Below, piece by piece: positions 52,223 to 56,748 of a stretch of DNA of 56,748 bases (its first letter is position 1; each line of letters begins with the position of its first letter). A program made the position numbers and the translations under genes. Origin of the DNA: Spirogloea muscicola (Eukaryota); NCBI GenBank assembly GCA_009602725.1, contig WELB01000012.1, positions 404,250 through 460,997 on the forward strand, in the 5' to 3' direction. Under the pieces are notes generated by a model. That model searched no databases. It saw only the letters and a program-made list of their open reading frames with translations, and had not been told where the DNA came from.

Positions 52223-54774
52223 CGCCGCCGCCGCGACGACGGCCGCTGACTGCGCCGGCGCGGCCGCCGTGGCGGCACAGGACCTGGTGCGGCGGCTGGA
52301 GCTGGCGCGGAAGCTGGCGGGCCACGACGGGTGCGTCAACACCGCCGCGTTCACGCCGTCGGGCGACGGCTTGCTCTCCGGCTCCGACGACCGGCAGGTC
52401 GTCCTCTGGCGCTGGGACGCCGGCCAGCAGGCCGTTAGGTGCGCGCCCCCCCCACTGCTCTTGCCGTTGCACTTAGCCACTATGGCCTTCCATTATCTCA
52501 ATCTTAAGACGCAAGTTCAATACATTCAAGCAATTGGCATTGCTGCGGCCTCACAATTAGGCCGGCCGCACTCGGGCCGCATGGGCCGCGCTTGTGCAGC
52601 TTCGACAGCGGGCACACGAACAATGTGTTCCAGGCGCGCGCCATGCCCTTCTCGGGCGACCGCACCATCGTCACCTGCGCCGCCGACGGCCAGGCATACC
52701 CCGCCAGCCCCTCGCTCACGTCGGCCTTGCTTGGCTTTCTACATGGAAGCTAAGCTTCTCCCAGCACCGCTTGTCCAGGCGCTTTGGTCCTCCAAGAGCT
52801 TATAAACACTTGACGCCCCACAGTTCCGTGCCTGACGTAGTGCCCGGCGTCTGATGAGGATGCAGGTCCGGTGTGCTGTGCTGTCGGACAAAGGCGGCGC
52901 AGAGACGCGGCGGCTGGCCCGGCACCGCGGGCGCGCCCACAAGCTCGCGCTCGACCCCGGCAGCGCCAGCACCTTCTTCAGCACGGGCGAGGACGGTGTT
53001 ATTCGCCATGTGCGGCTTTCTTTCTGATTTTGACAATCTCTTGGCCCTCCTAATACATCATTTGCAGTATTGGTTTCGAATCTCGTTCAGCTCTGACTTG
53101 TGTGACTCGTGCATTGTGACACATTGATTGCATGCGGGGCTGGCTGTGGCAGTTTGACTTGCGGGACCCGAGCGAGAGCCGCAAGGTGCTCACCTGCCGC
53201 CTTCTGAGGGCTGGCGGCGGCGGTGGTGGCGCCCTGGCCAAGCGTGAGCGCGCGCTGGGGCTGAATGCGATCATCATCAACCCGCGGAAGCCCCACCACT
53301 TTGCTGTCGGTGGCTCGGACGAGTACGCAAGGGTGTACGACATCCGCAAGCCCCCACCCTCCCGCGACCTGGACAATCCCATGGACACGTTTGCACCGGC
53401 GCATCTCCGAGAGTCCCAGGCTCGGGTCTGTAACCTTGAGCGCTCATTGACCTGGCTGAGACTCTAGCAGCTTGCATGGCCTCCAAGTTTGCTACTTTTA
53501 GGATGTTTGTTCTGCACTAGAGATGCGTCTGACGGTCGCCTGCATATGCCCAGGCAGCATGCAGCGGTCGGCGACCTCTTGCCGTCTACCTTTGCTGTGC
53601 CTCAGTAATTGTTTCGTGCTCCATTGGCAGGTACACATAACGTGCGTGGCGTACTCGCAGCAGGGCGAGCTCCTGGCCTCGTACAATGACGAGCTCATAT
53701 ATATGTTCCAGCCCTGCCATGGCCTGGGGCCCAGCCCATCTAGGCCAGACCCTACTGAGTCCAAGTCTGGGGGGGCAGCACAGGCGCAGCAGCCCCAGGT
53801 GTTCGAAGGTGCATGTGACATGGATTTGTTCGTGCTTGTACTTGCATATCTTCTAGTGCACTTTAGATTATCCGCACGAGGATGCTTTGGCATCTGCGTG
53901 CCGCCACTGTACACAAAGGAAATCCTCATACCCAGGACATCATTGGGTGAGTTGGGGCGCAGGCCACCGGAATTCAGCGACCGTCAAGGGCGTGAGCTTC
54001 TTTGGGCTCGACTCGGAGTACGTAGTGAGCGGGTCGGACTGCGGGCGCATCTTCATGTGGAAGAAGGTCGATGGCGAGCTTGTGGCGCTGCTCAAGGGCG
54101 ACGCCCATGTCGTCAACTGCCTCGAGCCGCACCCCTCGGCAATGGTCCTCGCAACGTCAGGCATCGACTCCGACGTCAAAATCTGGATGCCGACCGCAGA
54201 AGCGCCGCGCTCCCTGCCCCCAAATATCACCAAAGTAAGTGACCAACCCACACCAAGTGCCCTCCAGGATGTTGCTTCCATGTGCTGGCGATCTGGTGAG
54301 GTGCTCGTGTTCCTGCTCATGTCGTATTTAGACTCTTTGCTGAGGCTTCAAGTCAGGTACTGGTAACTGCAGCTGAGGTGCCTATGATGGTCAGTCTAAT
54401 TCACTGTGCACTTTGTTCTGGTTTCTAGTACTGACAGAAACGAACATCTCTGCGGAAAGCTTACCAGGAGTTCTTAGTAGAATCCGTCCTGCTTCTTGCC
54501 CCGTACCCCAGCGTGTGAGGATCTGCTCATTTGCCATACTTTCAGGTCGTTGAAGATAATAGGAGGGCGAGGAGGGCAGAGCTGTTCACACGCTCGACAG
54601 ACGCGACGCCTGACTTCATCAGGCACCTGCTGCGCTCACGCCACCGGCTGCTGCAGGAGCTCGACGAGGAGGACATTGTCCGCTTCCTATTCGAGAGACG
54701 GGCGCGCTCAGTGCCCCGGGCTGCATCGAGTCACGAGGACGACGAGGATGGTGAAAATGGGGATGCTCACGAGG

Positions 54775-54813
<39 letters not shown>

Positions 54814-55142
54814 GGGATGAGGACGAGGACGAGGATGCAGCATCTGAGGACGAGGACGGTTTGGAGGACGCTGAGGACGACGATGCGGAGGAAGTGGAGG
54901 GGGCTGGCGGTGACAAGGGTGGGGGGGACGCAGGGACCCACAGGAGTACAAGCGAGCCAGAGGGCAGCGGCAGAAGTGACGGCGGCAGGCGGGCACGGAA
55001 CAGCGGCGTTGTGGTTGTGGCTGGCAATAGCGGGCAGCAGCCTGCAGGAGGGGATGGGGCGACGAGGAGAAGGGCCAGGCAGGCGGGGAGCGGTGGCGAG
55101 GAGGACAATAGGCGGCAGCCGCGGAACTGCCAGGTCAGCTGA
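52223..55142 (+). CDS. DCAF8: DDB1- and CUL4-associated factor 8-like WD40 protein with an acidic C-terminal tail; 5' end in the gap
   Basis: [10 protein letters not shown]...[123 protein letters not shown]. Confidence 0.95.
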
Positions 55143-56446
55143 GTAGCTACTCAAATTCATGTCCTGATTGTTCTTTCGCCCTCACCAGTGTAAAGTTGGT
55201 GCGCAGCACGGTGACTTTAAGATCTCAGCCAAGTTGCCGGATCACTTTTGTACAGAACCCATTTCTTGAGCAGAGTGTAACATGTAGCACAGAGTAGACA
55301 AGCCATTCTACTGGTACAGTTGCTCCTCTGGCGCATGCGCAAACATGTAGTCGCTGACCTTCACAGCAGTGCGGCCAGATCAGAAGGGCCTTACAGATGG
55401 CACTCAGCAGATGGCATGGTCTTGTCCTTGCGGCCAGTGAAGAATTGGATGCATCGACTGCCATTCTATGAAGGACAGACTTGTAATTCACTTTGCACCC
55501 ACATTCGTAGGCGTCTGCACAAGTGACACGGACCCTCACTGCATCCTCTTGTTTGACCGCACTCAGTGACCTTACCGGTATGAAGCCAGGCTGATAGCTA
55601 AGAGTTGTGCAAGTTGTGAAACTCCGCACATGCTCAGATGCAGGCAAGCGGTACAGTTGCTGCAGACAGTTGCTCCAACCCTCCCGCAAGAGAGTGGCTT
55701 GCGCTTGGTGGGAAGCAGATGGTATTATTCAGATTCATTGTCTTATCATCAGACCATCAGACCAAATCATTATCTATCTTAGCAAGCTTCTGTGAGGCGC
55801 AGGTGCTAAGTAGGCGTGCAAGTCGGCAATGCCACGAAACTATCACTAGAAAGGCCATGAGCTGCAGTGAAATGCATGAGGGTGGAGGTCACAGCAGAAA
55901 CATTGCTGAGTGCAGGTTGCATGACATATGACCGAAGAGTGCCACAGCGAAGCGCCATAACAGCAAGAGCGGTGACCGCCTCCTCAGCATTCGCCAGCTA
56001 CAGCTGTTGAACCCATAGTGTGGCAGCTGCAGCAATGCATAACCAAAGGAGTTGCAAAGTACACAACCGCTGGTGCCCTGCATACTCTGTGGAGGACATG
56101 AGCCTAAGCTGGGCACCAGCCACTAGACAACAGCAGCGAGCCATGGCACCGTGCTTAAACATCACCCAGGTTCAGACACTGAGCAGCTGGCTAGCTCACT
56201 CCAGGACAGCTGATAGACCTGACAGGGGAGCCCCACTTTGGGCGAGTAACGAGCCCTACAGGTCTGGCTAGAACGGCTAGACTGCGGCGCAAGTCGTGCC
56301 TGATCAGGAGCATCTCAACATATCAGCCGCCACTGCCGACAGCTCGCGCACGCGAGGCATTGCCTGCCCCTGCCCTCACCGTGCCGCTGCTGAGCATCAT
56401 TTCCCCGCCCGCAAGCTCGGGGCCAGGCCAGCCAGGTGGCCCCAGG

Positions 56447-56692
56447 TCAGCGGCGCGAGGAGGAGCTCTCGCGCTCGCGCTGGGCCTCCATGGCCTTCAT
56501 GCGCCGCATGAAGGCGTCGTACTGGCACTTCTCGTACGCGTGGCGCTCCGGCTCGCAGCGCCACGGGAGGTAGAAGGCGGCCTGCCGGCAGGCGTTGAGC
56601 GGGATGAGCAGGCCCGCGCAGGAGTCGCGCGCCGCCAGCGGCAGCCGCGCCGCTGCCATCTCCTCCGCGCTTGCTCCCGTCGCCGCCGTCAT
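56447..56692 (-). CDS. NDUFB7: NADH dehydrogenase (complex I) subunit B18 / NDUFB7, single exon, 81 aa
   Basis: EEMAAARLPLAARDSCAGLLIPLNACRQAAFYLPWRCEPERHAYEKCQY (twin CX9C). Confidence 0.93.
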   Translation of the reverse strand: MTAATGASAEEMAAARLPLAARDSCAGLLIPLNACRQAAFYLPWRCEPERHAYEKCQYDAFMRRMKAMEAQRERESSSSRR

Positions 56693-56748
56693 GGCTGGCG
56701 CTGTCGCGCCGCCGTGCTCCGCCTCCGCGGGCGGCCGCGGGGCTCGGC

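Noticed and set aside
52851..52860. CTGATGA motifs as hammerhead ribozyme or C/D snoRNA cores (also 40858, 16928, 26673)
   Set aside because: No matching GAAA core with flanking helices, and no box D with a terminal stem, was found.
53420..53426. Additional GC donors in DCAF8 (53420) and AAGAB (about 50570-50580)
   Set aside because: In-frame GT donors exist a few nt downstream, so GC usage is not required.
54776..54835. (GAGGAC)n hexamer repeat
   Set aside because: Explained as the coding Glu-Asp tract of the DCAF8 C-terminus.

Overview
This is a compact, GC-rich, intron-rich eukaryotic nuclear window from a green plant. The land-plant-like 5S rRNA, DRP1, NPG/TTC7 and a U12-type intron point to a streptophyte, probably an alga; that assignment is inference. 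It holds 12 recognisable host genes: ABCB transporter (-, runs off the left edge), bacterial-type tRNase Z (-), DRP1 dynamin (-), IMP3 (+), NPG1/TTC7-like TPR protein (+), TMEM18 (+), RsmE methyltransferase (-), REV7 (+), NO66/RIOX1 JmjC oxygenase (+), AAGAB/p34 (-), DCAF8-like WD40 (+) and intronless NDUFB7 (-). Four N-gaps all fall on GC-rich gene 5' ends. Accessory DNA includes a solitary 5S rDNA copy and a Ty1/copia element whose pol is wrecked and LTRs are diverged but whose Gag ORF is intact and starts inside the LTR. It also includes an unclassified intergenic repeat family (core GGCTGTGAGAGGCCAGCCCAAAAAGAATGGACAA, about 14 clear copies plus weaker ones) arranged as nested inverted and direct repeats. 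The best leads are the possibly domesticated (or TR-GAG-like) Gag, the repeat family, the U12 intron in IMP3 and a 16-nt micro-exon next to the tRNase Z catalytic motif. Exon boundaries were read by eye and gene ends inside gaps are unknown.
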